The notes under the pieces were generated by a model that worked only from the letters and a program-made list of their open reading frames with translations, did not search any database and was not told where the DNA came from. A stretch of 64,000 nt of DNA, taken from assembly GCF_004010195.1 (NCBI RefSeq), contig NC_057752.1, positions 1,255,036-1,319,035 of the forward strand, in the 5' to 3' direction. This document shows positions 12,659 to 24,795 of this stretch, in pieces. The first letter of the stretch is position 1. Every line of letters starts with the position of its first letter. Both the position numbers and the translations under genes were made by a program. The DNA is from Chiloscyllium plagiosum. Its lineage: Eukaryota.

Positions 12659-14710
12659 TCTCCATCTTTAAAGGCCAATTCTTGTCTGATTATATATTTT
12701 TGTCTGTATTTTTGCCACAACTGTGAATGTTAATTGCAATGAAAAATTATTTCCTTAAAAGGAAACAAATGTCTACCTTTTTTTTTCTATCCTGCTTTTG
12801 ATTTTTGTTTTTAAATGTATAAATACTAAAATGTAAATGTATTGACTTGCCAAATGCAGCTCAAGTACAGCTCATTGCTGGTTTCTTTCAGGCACCTTCA
12901 TTCCTCCTTTCAGAGGACGACAAAGATTTGGCACTCTCGCTCTTATATAAAATAACAACTTCTGTAGGGTAGTCATTTGGTGTAGGCCATGATTTTGGAT
13001 GAGGCCTATTCCCTTGTTGGTGAATTTGACAGCATGTGGGTAAATGCTGTCTTTGAATTGAGGCAACCAGCTACTTGCGTTGTCCTTTTGAGTGGCTTCA
13101 GTGCTGACTGTTATTTTTGTGAGCACACGCCACACCTCCATATATGGCGGGAACTGTAGGCGCAAAGTGTGAAAGATTTTAAAACATTGCCACTGATTTA
13201 AGGTGTGGGGTCAAGAATGTCCCTCTGCCTCAGCTTTGGTAGCAGCCAAAGGAATTCAAGCAATCTCTTTTTTTTTTTTGGTCAAAATTTTGACTGGTTT
13301 TTATTCATCTATTAAAGGAGCTAGGTAATTGTGACATACTTGTGCATTTCAAATTGGCCCATGCCTGTGCCAACTACCAGCTTGTGCCCTCACCATCCTA
13401 TTGGGGTTTTATGTCAATCAAGATTCTCGTTTCTTCCGAAAATATTGTGAAGGTGCAAACTTGAGTCTTTTTGTTTGGAAAGATTCTTGCCCTTGCAAAA
13501 GGGTTGTTCGGTGCCTCATTCAAGTGCTTGTGAAAATGCATGTTTTAAACCTGATTCTGATTCCTTTTTGTTCTTGGAATCCTTGTTTATTTCTCTCTGT
13601 GCAGCTTGCAAGCTTCTTGAACCTTTTAAAACTTTCAGCGCATTTACACACACATTCACTTCTCCAGTATCCGGGGTAAGGATAGGAATATCCCCTCTGG
13701 CTTTGTACTGTGAGCCCTGGTAAGATTTGTTAACTACATTGGTGGAAGACAGTGCACCATAAAGGGATATGTAAGATTCCTCCGATAGTGTTGTGTGTGC
13801 ACATGTGTATTAATCAGACTCCACTGTGCAAGCTCCTGGACTGTGTTTTTGGGTCAATTGCTTGTGTTGTTGCTGTAGCATGTAGCACTCTAAGCTCTTT
13901 TGAAGATTTGCCTGTGCTGAGATGTATCATCTGGTTAACTGCAAAGTGCCCAATCTTGCATGTCCTGGTGTCACAGTAGGACCTCTTCCAAAACATGGCC
14001 TGTTCAATCTTAACAGAAAATAACTAACTATTTCTTCCTGTGCTCCTCCTTCCCCCTACCTTGAGCTGATGGGTACCTCTGTTGGAGGGGGAGGGGGTGG
14101 GGGGGGGCTGCAGTGGCGATTGTCAGTAGAGACTTGAAAGCTTTGTGAGAATGAAGGGGGCTGCCTGATTTCCTTCCGGAGATCACTGTCTCTAAGATAA
14201 GAATCTGACTTTTGGTCTGTTGCCGTCTCAAGTCTTCAGGCTGCATTTCCTCCAAATACTTCAGGAAAATTCTAGAACTTGGGAGTACATGATGCAAGGG
14301 CTCACTCTTGCTGCCACCTCCTCCCTCACAAATAAATGTGATGATCTTGTTCAGAATATTTGGCTCGAACAGAATGAAGGGTGGAACTTACCAAGCGTGA
14401 AGTGTTGGGGTGGAAGGGGAGGAGTGGGTGGGGGGGGGGGGAAGCAGTTTTGGAGGTTTATCAACCTCTCCCATGGATTATGTCTGCAACAGCTGCTCTA
14501 ACTTTGTAACTCTGTACAATAATGGAGAATTGGAGACCTCTTGGTAGAATTTTGAAGTTTGTATTTTTCTTTTCCTTTTTACAATCTCTTTAGCATGTAA
14601 AACGTGACCGCATGCTATTTTCAATATGGCTTCTCATATATTCAAGTGTAGAGAGATTTTTTTGGTGTTCTCATGTGGCAAAATAAACATTTTCTAAGTT
14701 GTGCGCCATC
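12659..14710 (+). other. CD63: Probable CD63 3'UTR (~2 kb)
   Basis: No recognisable retroelement between the stop codon and ~14950, unlike the flanks; ends at an AATAAA with a GT/T-rich downstream element. Confidence 0.6.
14682..14687 (+). terminator. Polyadenylation signal AATAAA (distal; another AATAAA at 14331-14336)
   Basis: Several TGTA motifs upstream (14506-14650) and a tgtctgtttttatttgtctttatttt tract downstream. Confidence 0.65.
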
Positions 14711-14959
14711 TCAATGTCTGTTTTTATTTGTCTTTATTTTCTACCATTATCACCACTTGATGCCGAATGGTTTTAGGGGCAGCCATTTATTTTGATGGGT
14801 TTTGGTGAGGAGCTGGTGGACAAAGGGAAATTTCTCTGATTTGACACAGTCCTGTGTCCTAAAGCACTGATTTGTTCACGACTGGTGTACAAGCCATTTC
14901 TGCTCTAACTTAGCCCTTGCATTGTTTCTCTGATTTGTGATTGAGATCCTTCATATCTA

Positions 14960-15880
14960 TAAGAGTAGGCCACTCAGCCCTTTGAGCCTGTTCCGCCATT
15001 CTATAAGATCTGATTTTAACCTCATCGCCACATTCCTGCATATCCCCCAATAATCTTTCATCCCCTTGGCCATCAAGAATCTATCTCTTTCTGCCTTAAA
15101 CATATTCTGAAGGGAATTTGTAAAGACTCTCTACTCTGAGAGAAAATGTTTCCTCCTCTTTGTTTTAAATGGGTGCCCTTCATTTTAAACGATGACCCTT
15201 TTTAGATTAGATTACTTTACATTAGAAGTAACCCTTTTTAGATTAGATTACTTTACAGTGTGGAAACAGGCCCTTCGGCCCAACAAGTCCACACCGACCC
15301 GCCGAAGCACAACCCACCCATACCCCTACATTTACCCCTTACCTAACATTACGGACAATTTAACATGGCCAATTCACCTAACCTGCACATCTTTGTGACT
15401 GTGGGAGGAAACCGGAGCTCCCGGAGGAAACCCACGCAGACACGGGAAGAACGTGCAAACTCCACACAGTCAGTCGCCTGAGGCGGGAATTGAACCCGGG
15501 TCTCTGGCGCTGCGAGGCAGCAGTGCTAACCACTGTGCCACCGTGCCGCCCACTGCCACCGTGCCGCCCACGGTGATCTAGATTCTCCTGCAAGAGAAAG
15601 GATCCTTTTCCATATCCACCCAGTCAAGTCCCCTCAGGATTTTATCTGCTTCAACTAAGCAATCTCTGACTCCCCTCAACTCCACAGGACACCAGGTCTA
15701 GCCTGTCCAGCCTTTGCTCACAAGGCAATCCACTTGTTGCAGGGATTAGTTCAGTGAATTTTGAGAAGATTAGTTCAGTAAACCTTCTCTGAACTGCTTC
15801 TAATCCATTAACATCTTTCTGCACAGTACTGGTCACTGTACTTGCACTACTCCAGATGTGATCTCTCGAATGCCCTGTAA
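14960..15880 (-). mobile_element. CR1-type LINE 3' fragment interrupted by a SINE
   Basis: Family tail at 14960; EAVQRRFTELI...RLDRL at 15651-15836; the sequence resumes after the SINE. Confidence 0.75.
15231..15571 (-). mobile_element. HE1/V-SINE-type SINE, near full length and young
   Basis: A box (tggcacagtgg), B box (ggttcaattcc), core gtgtggagtttgcac...gggtttcctccggg, CR1-derived tail with (ctaat)n; CpGs retained. Confidence 0.9.
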
Positions 15881-16454
15881 TCAGTCTGTTCAGGGATAGT
15901 ATGACGCACCTCTAGTTTAGGTGAGACAGGAATGTATGCCTCCTGGCTGAGAGGTAGGGACAATACCACCTTTTGTAAACCATCCTCCCACCGCCATCTC
16001 CATGATGTGATTCTCCCCAGCTCTGTGGAGTTACCTTGTTTTAGTTAAATCTGGAAATAGATTCCTGAGCCTTTTAGACTGGAAATTAGTCCTGAATGTG
16101 AAGAAACTCATTCATTGTTCTGCTGCAAGTTGTTGTAAAGATGGCCTCTGTCTTGTGCCTGCTTTCCAATTCCAGATGAAAGGTGTAGAGAAGCATATGG
16201 ATGTCCCACTATTAACTAACAAGCTTTTCTGTACGTACACAAACTAAATCAGCCCAATGTACAGTGCTGCTATTGGGAGAAGTCGCTGCCAATTGTTCTG
16301 CAATTTTCCTTTCTCTGGATGGCAAATAGCTGATTTGCTTGCCCATCTCTTCTGCTAAGATGGGGCTTTGCAAGTGGAGGGTTGAGGGGAGATTTCAGGG
16401 TCACAAACTCTGAGCCTGTTTCCAGATTGAAAACTTGGTCTCTCACCCAGGAGT

Positions 16455-16575
16455 AAGTGAGGACTGCAGATGATGGAGATCAGAGTTGAAGAGTGTGGTG
16501 CTGGAAAAGCATAGCTGGTCAGGCAGCATCTGAGGAGCAGGAGAATAGACATTTCAAGCATATACTCTTCATCCT
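16455..16575 (-). mobile_element. Penelope-type terminal repeat fragment
   Basis: aagtgaggactgcagatg...ctggaaaagc...aggcagcatc-gaggagcaggag; same family as 31125-31250. Confidence 0.65.
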
Positions 16576-16671
16576 AACTATTCTGGGGTTCTTTCCTCTA
16601 CTTGGAATGCAAGGATAATAGAGTTTGAACCATGTCCCTGAAAATAAGCCTGGGGTTCTAAATTGCTAGTC

Positions 16672-18410
16672 CATGGATATTCCTGGAAATACATCCAGGG
16701 AAGTTATTTGGGTGGAACTGAGAAATAAGAATGGGGTGATCACCTTAATGGGGTTGTATCATAGACTCCCTAATAGCAAATTTAAAATTAAACCCCGATT
16801 AGTCAACAAGAAATTGAGAAGCAAATTTGTAAGGGGGATCTGTTATCTGTAAGAATAATAGGGTGGTTATGGAGGGGATTTTAACTTTCCAAACATAGAC
16901 TGGAACTGCTATACTGTTAAGGGTTTAGATGGAGAGGAATTTATTCAGTGTACAAGAAAATTTTCTGATTCCATATGTGGATGTACCTACGAGAGAAGAT
17001 GCAAACCTTGACCTATTCTTGGGAAATAAAGCTGGGCAGGTGACTGAGGTGTCAGTGGGCGAGCACTTTGGGGCCAGTGACTATAATTCTGTTAGTTTTA
17101 AAGTAGTGATGGAAAAGGATAGACCAGATCTAAAAATTGAAGTTCTAAATTGGAGAAAGGCCAATTTGGACAGTATTAGGCAAGAACTTTCAAAAGCTGA
17201 TTGGAGGCAAATGTTTGCAGGTAAAGGGATGTCTGGAAAATGGGAAGCCTTCAGAAATGAGATAATGAGAGTCCAGAGAAAGTACATTCCTGTTAGGGTG
17301 AAAGGGAAGGCTGGTAGGTATAGGGAATGCTGCATGACTAAGAAATTGAGGGTTTGGTTCAGAAAAAGAAGGAAGCATAGGTCAGGTATAGACAGGAAAG
17401 ATCAAGTGAATCCTCAGTATAAAGGCACTAGGAGTTCACTTAAGAGGGAAATCAGGAGGGCAAAAAGTGGACATGAGATAGTTTTGGCAAATAGAGTTAA
17501 GGAGAATCCAAAGGGTTTTACAAATACGTTAAGGCCAAATGGGTAACGAGGCAGAGAATAGGGCCCCTCGAAGATCAGAGCTGAAAATGTGTTGCTGGAA
17601 AAGGGCAGCAGGTCCGGCACCCCCTCGAAGTTCAGCAAGGCAGTCTTTATGTGGAGCCACAGGAGATGGGGGAGCTACTAAACAAGTATTTTGCATCAGT
17701 ATTTACTGTGGTAAAGGACATTGAAGATATAGAATGTATGGGAATAAATGGTGACATCTTGAAAAATGTCTATATTACAGAGGAGGAGGTGCTTGATGTC
17801 TTGAAACACAAAACTGGATAAATCCCAAGGACCTGATCAGGTGTACCCTAGAACTCTGTGGGAAGCCAGGGCAGTGATTGCTGGGCCCCTTGCTGAGATA
17901 TTTGTATCATCAATAGCCATCCTCCACCTCACCTGTGACTAACGTGGTGCCACTGTTTAAGAAGGGCAGTAAAGACAAGCCAGGGAACTATGGACCAGTG
18001 AGCCTGACCTCGGTGGTGGGCAAGTTGTTGGAGGGAATCCTGAGGGACAGGATGTACATGTATTTGGAAAGGCAAGGACTGATTAGGGGTAGTTAACGTG
18101 ACTTTGTGTGTGGGGTGTCCAGAACTAGAGGGCATAGGTTTAGGGTGAGAGGGGAAAGATATAAAAGGGACCTAAGGGGCAACTTTTTCACGCAGAGGGT
18201 GGTACGTGTATGGAATGAGCTGCCAGAGGAAGTGGTGGAGTCTGGTACAATTACAACATTTAAAAGGCATCTGGATGGGTATAGGAATAGGAAGGGTTTG
18301 GAGGGATATGGACCAGGTCCTGGCAGGTGGGACTAGATTGGGTTGGGATATCTGGTTGATGGATGAGATGGACCGAAGGGTCTGTTTCCGTGCTGTACAT
18401 CTCTATGACT
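16672..18410 (+). mobile_element. CR1 LINE, endonuclease through start of RT joined directly to the 3' end (internal deletion)
   Basis: ORF 16929-17546 (PTRE-ANLDL, GASDYN); ANVVPLFKKG-K-KPGNY-PVSLTSVVGKLLE; junction near 18110 into SRTRGHRFRVRG and the family tail. Confidence 0.88.
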
Positions 18411-18644
18411 CCAGTAACATACTCACCACGCCAACCTCCCTTACCCCAACCCGCCCCTGATCTTGGCTGTTCAGGTCGCTACAGCCATTTGACCTTGGAG
18501 TGATGTAGCCTAGCAATGTGAATTTTGTACATGTGTACACAGTGGTCTTAGTGGTGATATTGCCCTGAAACATAGCCTAAAATGATGTACCATCGCCTAA
18601 TTCAAAATTGAGGCACTACCATGGGTTCAAGATTAACTCCTCCA

Positions 18645-18930
18645 GAGTTAAGATTCTATGTTTAACTCCCACTCCCAGATACTTGAGCCTGTGCCAGTAC
18701 CATGTTAAGGGCACTGTCTCGGGTGCCATCTTTCAGCATGAGGCATTAAATTGAGGTGCCATCTCTTCCCCCTCAGCTGGGTATAGAATTGCTTTTGGCT
18801 CATCTGTATCCCTCCAACATCACTCAACAAAAAAAAACCCTGATAATCTGGTATTGACCTCCTTGCTGTCTGTGGGAACTTACTATGTGCAGGTTTGCCA
18901 CACGTCCCTCTTTTGATAGTGGTTGTATTT
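18645..18930 (+). mobile_element. Old Deu-domain-like SINE (SacSINE1/AmnSINE-like), decayed
   Basis: gggtgccatctttcag-atgag-cattaaa-tgagg...ttgctgtctgtgggaact..gtgc resembles the Deu SINE core; recognised from memory only. Confidence 0.45.
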
Positions 18931-18944
18931 TTGAGATGGGGCTG

Positions 18945-19240
18945 TGTGGTGGTGGAGAGTAATGGTCATGTCACTGGATAGTAATCGAGGCAAATACTCA
19001 AGGAACATGGGTTCGAGTCCCACTGATGGTGACATTCCTTCTGACCGAAGGAGATCTGTCCTTGCCTGGTCTGGCCTACATGTGACTCCAGACCCACAGC
19101 AATGTCATTGCCTCTTAACCTCCCCCTGAAATGGCTGAGCAAGACACACTCTTTGAGTGGCAATTAGGGATAGGCAATAAATGTTGGCCAAGCCGCTGAT
19201 GCCCATGTTCTGAGAACACAAAGCACTTTCTTTTAAAAAA
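18945..19240 (+). mobile_element. tRNA-derived SINE with cttgcctggtctggcctacatgtgactccagaccc core
   Basis: B-box gggttcgagtccc; the core recurs at 35250-35310 (-), 47878-47934 and 60090-60160; tail shared with the CR1-like LINE at 46600. Confidence 0.7.
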
Positions 19241-20542
19241 AAGTGTTCTGTGGTGCCATATAAATGCACATCTTGGTGTTATTGCCAAATCATCTGAATT
19301 TCCTTAACAGTTGTGTGTGTGTGTGTCACTCTCTTTTTGTCTCATCAATTAAACTTATCCGCTATCTGCAGATTTTTTTTAATCTTGCCTCTTACATGGT
19401 TTTCTTCACCCTGACCTTTTTAAGGCTGGTCTGCTTCTCTCATGTCTCTTGGCCAAGAGTTCTCGACAAACACTCGTCTTTTACCCCCTCCTTCCTGCCA
19501 GTTAGTTTGCTCCTGAAACCTCGTGTGGGTTTTTTTTTGTTTTGCTCGAAGGCCTCTTGGCCTGGCTTTTGTTAAATTGGTTTCAGTGTCACATTTTCTG
19601 ATCAGCCAAGAAGTGAGATATCAGCTTCTCTCACACTTTGCTTACATTATCGTCGTACTTTAAAGAGCGCTGACAAGATGAACACTCGTCTCGGTAATTC
19701 AAGTCCGTGTGAGTGGCAGACACCATTGAACTGAGTAATGGTTCTCCATTATTGCCTCTTCACAAAGCCATTCTGCATTCAGGCCAAATAATGCAATTAA
19801 GATTGGTACGCCTTCCAAAATGGCAGCAGAGTGGCCTCCTAAACTGAAGCTCGTCTGCTCGATCTGTTTATTTTCGTTTTTCCTCTTTTTGCTTTTTCTT
19901 TTCTTTGCTTTTTTTCTCTCTACTTCCCTCCATTCCTCAGATGGTATTGATGGTGGAGACTCCTGGCCTCGAGGTGCGGCCCAGCATGAACTCCTGGTCT
20001 TGAGATGAGGGATAGCACGGACTCCCAGCCTTAAGGAAGCCTAGAATGGCGTCGGAAATGGGGATATTGTACGACCTTTCACTGTATCCGTGCATCCCTG
20101 TGCTTGAGTACACATGACAATGAATTCTACATTGGCCAGCCGCGTGGGAACTGTTTACAATATGTCAGATAGCTCTCAAAATCAGCATTCAATATCGTGA
20201 TGACAAAATAACCTCGAATTACTCTTAATTTGAAACTTCTTCATAAAGATGTGCTTTTCTTTTGTCTTGATTAATACCAGGATGAATTTCCATTGGCCTA
20301 TCTGAAATTTAGTTTTTCTCCAAACAGTATCCCTTCAATTCCCACGGTGACTTGCCAATGCAACGATGTGTAGAAGCATCTAAAGTCAATTGGCAGTTTG
20401 CCCACAGCACCCACTGGCCTTTGCTTCAAGCATTTGCCAGTTCTTGAGCCACATGCACATTGAGAGAGCCTGCATTTATGTAGCACCTTTCGTGACCTTC
20501 GCAGTGTGGTCACTGTGCTTAAAGCAGGGGCTTGGGGAAGTG

Positions 20543-20875
20543 ATTAGATTAGAATTCCTACAGTGTGGAAACAGGCCCTTCGGCCCAACAAGTCCACACC
20601 AACCCTCCAAAGAGTAACCCATCCAGACCCATTCCCCTACTCTATATTTTTCCCTGACTAATTCACCTAACACCATGGGCAATTTAGCACGGCCAATTCA
20701 CCTGACCTGCACATCTATGGACTGTGGGAGGAAACCAGAGCACCCGGAGGAAACCCACACAGACACAGGGAGAATGTGCCAACTCCACACAGACAGTCAC
20801 CCGAGGCAGGAATTGAACCCTGGTCCCTGGCGCTGTGAGACAGCAGTGCTAACCAGTGAGCCACTGTGCCACCCC
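20543..20875 (-). mobile_element. HE1/V-SINE-type SINE, full length
   Basis: Same head, core and (ctaat)n tail as 15231-15571. Confidence 0.9.
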
Positions 20876-21177
20876 ATGTCATGGTAATGTTACTGGGCCA
20901 ACAATTCCAAAGCCTGTATTAGTGGGCCACACAAGAGTGGGCCACTCGGCCCTTCTAGCCTGTTCCACCATTCAATAACACCGGGGCTGATCAGATTTTA
21001 ACCTCATCTCTACATTCCTGCATATCCCCCCAATAATCTTTCATCCCGTTGATCACCAAGACTCTACCTCCCTCTGCCTTCAGCATATTGAAAGGCTCTG
21101 CATCGTCCCTTCTGAGGAAGGGTGTAGATGTGAATCCAAAGCCTCCCCTTGGCTGCTGGGCAATTTAAAATCTGCTC

Positions 21178-21420
21178 CTTTTTAGAGATATTTTATTAAA
21201 CTTTTCTTTCTTTACAAAACCATAGAGAAAAGGAAAATAAATTATAACATCAGCAAACATTATTCTATATACATATAACAACAAAAAAAGAGGGAAAAAG
21301 GGCAACCGATACAACAGTACAACCAAAACACAACTATACCCATGTGTAAAACAGACAAATCAAACACATCAATATCTGTTTTTTAACCGTCACTGTCACC
21401 ATTGGCTGCCCCTCAGTTTG
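21178..21420 (-). mobile_element. L1-type 3' tail fragment
   Basis: ttttagagatattttattaaa followed by an A-rich forward strand, resembling the 3' end at 53503-53700. Confidence 0.5.
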
Positions 21421-21529
21421 AGGATGATGCCAGCACTCAATAAGGGGTTGCCCATTGAAGACAGAGATGAGGAGGAATTTCTTCTCTAAGGGGAGTGAAT
21501 CTGTGGGGTCCTTTCCTGCAGAGAGCTGT

Positions 21530-22085
21530 CCAGACCACTTTTGGAATACTGTGTGCAATTCTGGTCTCCCTTCTATAGGAAGGATGTTGTGAAACTTGAA
21601 AGGGCTCAGAAAAGATTTACAAGGATGTTGCCAGGGTTGGAGGATTTGAGCTATAGGGAGAGGCTGAACAGGCTGGGGCTGTTTTCCCTGGAGCGTCGGA
21701 GGCTGAGGGGTGACCTTATAGAGGCTTATATAACCATGAGGGGCAGAGATAAGGTAAATAGACAAGGTCTTTATTCCCAAGGTAGGGGAGTCCAGAACGA
21801 GAGGGCATAGGTTTGAGGTGAGAGGAGAAAGATTTAAAAGGGACCTAAGGGGCTACATTTTCACACAGAGGGTGGTGCGTGTACGGAATGAGCTGCCAGA
21901 GGAAGTGGTGGAGGCTGGTACAATTACAGCATTTAAAAGGCATATGGATGGGTCTATGAATAGGAAGGGTTTGGAGGGATATGGGCCAAGTGCTGGCAAA
22001 TGGAGCTAGATTAATTTAGAATATCTGGTCAGCATGGACGATTTGGACTGAAGGGTCTGTTTCCGTGTTATATAACTGACTCTGA
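21530..22085 (+). mobile_element. CR1 LINE 3' fragment
   Basis: EYCVQFWSPFYRKDVVKLERAQKRFTRMLPGL...LERRRLRGDLIE. Confidence 0.9.
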
Positions 22086-22924
22086 ACTGCCCTTTGGAAT
22101 AGCCAAACAAGCAATTCAGTTCAAGGGGCAATTAGGGGTGGGGAACAAATGCTGGCCCATCTCCTATGTACAAAGCAGAAAGAATGATAATATATATCAG
22201 AAGCTAAAGGGGGTCTATCATAAAATCTATACGTTTAATTCCAAGTAATAGGAGGCTTTTTAACTTCTGTACTTTAAAACGCAGGCACGAATAGGGTACA
22301 GAGATGAGTTTATCATGGGTAGGATGAGTGGGCATCTTGCAGTCTTGCCATGTGTAAGATGCAAACTTAGAATATAGCAGCAAAAAATGGAAGCTCCTGG
22401 TCCACTCTGGTGTACACAGCTCTAAGGCTAATTACTCCCAAAGCAAACCAACCAGTCAATTAAACTCTTCAAAGTCATGTTGCCATGCCTCCCAGAGTGA
22501 TTGATGGCTTTCTAAATGAGCTGTGAGACTTCATGCCAAGTCATTTATGGTCACACATGAGACGCTCCAGTACACACAGCCAGTGCTCCCGGCCTGGGCT
22601 GATCATCTTTATGTTTCTGTAAGTAGCATAGTAATTCTGAGCTGTTTCTGCATCAATTGGTTCGTTTAGTTTTCCGTTCTCAAATCCAAACTGAAAAAGT
22701 AGCATTTTCTGCAGGGCGATGTGAAAATGGCTGGGTGGCTGGCTAGGTGATTGGTTAAGAATGGACAATCAAATGACCCTCTTCCCAGCATCCTCTCTGT
22801 CCACGTGGGTTGATGAGTGCAGTGGGAAGACTGTATTGCGTCTCCCTGTCGAACGTGCTGGTGAGACACATGGTTGACTACCTCCTCTCCATGTTATACA
22901 GTTACATCACCCTGTCCCATTGAC

Positions 22925-23510
22925 TAGTATCATGGAGGTCTACAACACAGAAAAAGGCTATTTGGCCCAGCAAGTCTGTGCTGGTCAAAAACAGCTGCCT
23001 AACTATTCTGATCCCCATTTCCAGCACTTGGCCCATAGCCCTAATGCCTTGGCATTGCAAAGGCACATCTAAATCCTTTTTCAATGTGATGAGGGCTTCT
23101 GCCTCTCTCATCCTGACTGGCGGTGAGTTCCAGATTCCCATCATCCCTCTGGGTAAAAATAAACTCCTCACATCTCTTCCAAACCTCCTGTCCATTATCT
23201 TAAATCTATGTCCGCCGGTCATTGGTCCCTCCATCAAGGGGAAAGGTTTCTTCCTGTCTACCCTGTCTATACCCTCATCGTTTTGTCTATCTCAATCATG
23301 TCCCCCCTCTCAATTCCCTCTGCTTCAAGGAAAACAACCCCAGTCTCTCCAATCTCTCTCCATCACCGAAACTCTCCAGCCCCTGGACAACTTGCCGGTA
23401 AATCTTCTTCTGCCTCCTCTCCAGTGCTAACCCATCGCTCCTATAATGTGGATCCCAGAACTGCACACAGTACCATTGCTGTGTGGCCTAACCATTGTCT
23501 ATACAGCCGC
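22925..23510 (-). mobile_element. CR1-type LINE 3' fragment
   Basis: Minus ORF MTGGHRFKI...GIWNS..., typical CR1 C-terminus. Confidence 0.75.
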
Positions 23511-23789
23511 TGTGGAGGACCCTGGCAATTTCAGTGTGTCAATGGATCTTGAGGCACCCACCAACATGGATCTCCCAGGAGCTCACATATAACAAGGGCA
23601 TGCTGCACTCTGCGCCAGATGGGGCTCCGGAACAGAAGAGAATAGGCATCGGAAGATGGCGATGATGGTGCCACTTCCTCAGAGCCGGGGGTGGGCATAG
23701 TAACAATGAATGGTGCCATCCAGAACTCCCACTGATGTTTGTGCCCGTTGATCTGCATGGTAGAGAAAGCCAAGGTGCTGTCATCCAAT

Positions 23790-24290
23790 CAAGGTTTATT
23801 TCATGGGATGTGAGGATCGCTGGCTGGGCCCAGCATTTATTGCCCATCTCTAGCTGCCCCTTGAGAAGGTGGGGGTGAGTTGCCTTCTTGAACCACTGTA
23901 GTCCATGTTGACCCACAATGCCCTTTATGGAGGGAATTCCAGGATTTTGACCCAGTGACACTGAAGGAACGGAGATATATTTCCAAGTCAGGATGGTGAG
24001 TGGCTTGGAGGGGAACTTGCAGGGGGTGGTGTTCCCATGTATCTGCTGCCCTTGTCCATCGACGGAGTGGAGGTCAGGAGTTTGGAAAGTGCTGTTGAAG
24101 GAGCCATCTTGAGCTGTTGTAGTGCACCTTATAGCTGATCCATCCAGCTGCCACTATGTGTTGATGGAGGAAGGAAATATTTAACCAGATGGGTGGGATG
24201 CCAACAAAGTGGGCTGCTTTGTCCTGGATGGTGTTGAGCTTCCTGTTGGTGGAGCTGCACCCATTCGGGCAAATGAGGAGAGAGAGAGGG
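23790..24290 (-). mobile_element. CR1-like LINE 3' fragment (second family)
   Basis: atttccaagtcaggatggtgagtggcttggaggggaacttgcagg...gttcccatgtatctgctgcccttgtcc; recurs at 4740, 26800 (+), 36760 and 46800. Confidence 0.75.
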
Positions 24291-24514
24291 CAGAAGGGAT
24301 TTACCAGAATGGTTCCAGGGTTGAGAAACTTCAGTGAGGAGGAGTGATTGAAGACATTGGGACTGTTCTCCTTGGAGAGAAGGAGGCTGAGAGGGAGATC
24401 TGAGAGAGGGTTTCAACATCATGGGGGGAGGGGGCTGGACAGAGTAGATCGGGACAAGCTGTTCTCACATGGAAAAGGGACAGGAACGAGAGGGACAGAG
24501 ATTGAAAGGGATGA

Positions 24515-24795
24515 AGTGAGGGACCTAGGTTTGATTCCAGCCTCGGGTGACTGTCGGTGTGGAGTTTGCACATTCTCCTCCTATCTGCGTGGGTTTCCTC
24601 CAGGTGCTCTAGTTTCCTCTCACAGTCCAAAGATGTGCAGGTCAGGTAGATTGGCCATTCTAAATTGCCCATAATGTTAGGTGCATTAGTCAGAGGGGAA
24701 ATGGGTCTGGGTGGGTTGCTCTTCGGAGGGTCGGTGTGGACTTGTTGGGCCGAAGGGCCTGTTTCCACACTGTAAGGAATCTAATCTAATCTAAC
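24515..24795 (+). mobile_element. HE1/V-SINE-type SINE, 5' truncated
   Basis: SINE core and tail ending aatctaatctaatctaa. Confidence 0.85.

Noticed and set aside
15480..15560. tRNA-like A/B boxes (also at 20800-20875, 39131-39195 and 42615-42680)
   Set aside because: These are SINE heads continuing into SINE core sequence, not tRNA genes.
22541..22691. Minus-strand acceptor (ttttcag) followed by an open frame FGFENGKLNEPIDAETAQNYYATYRN...
   Set aside because: No recognisable protein family and no partner exons found; cannot be supported without RNA data.
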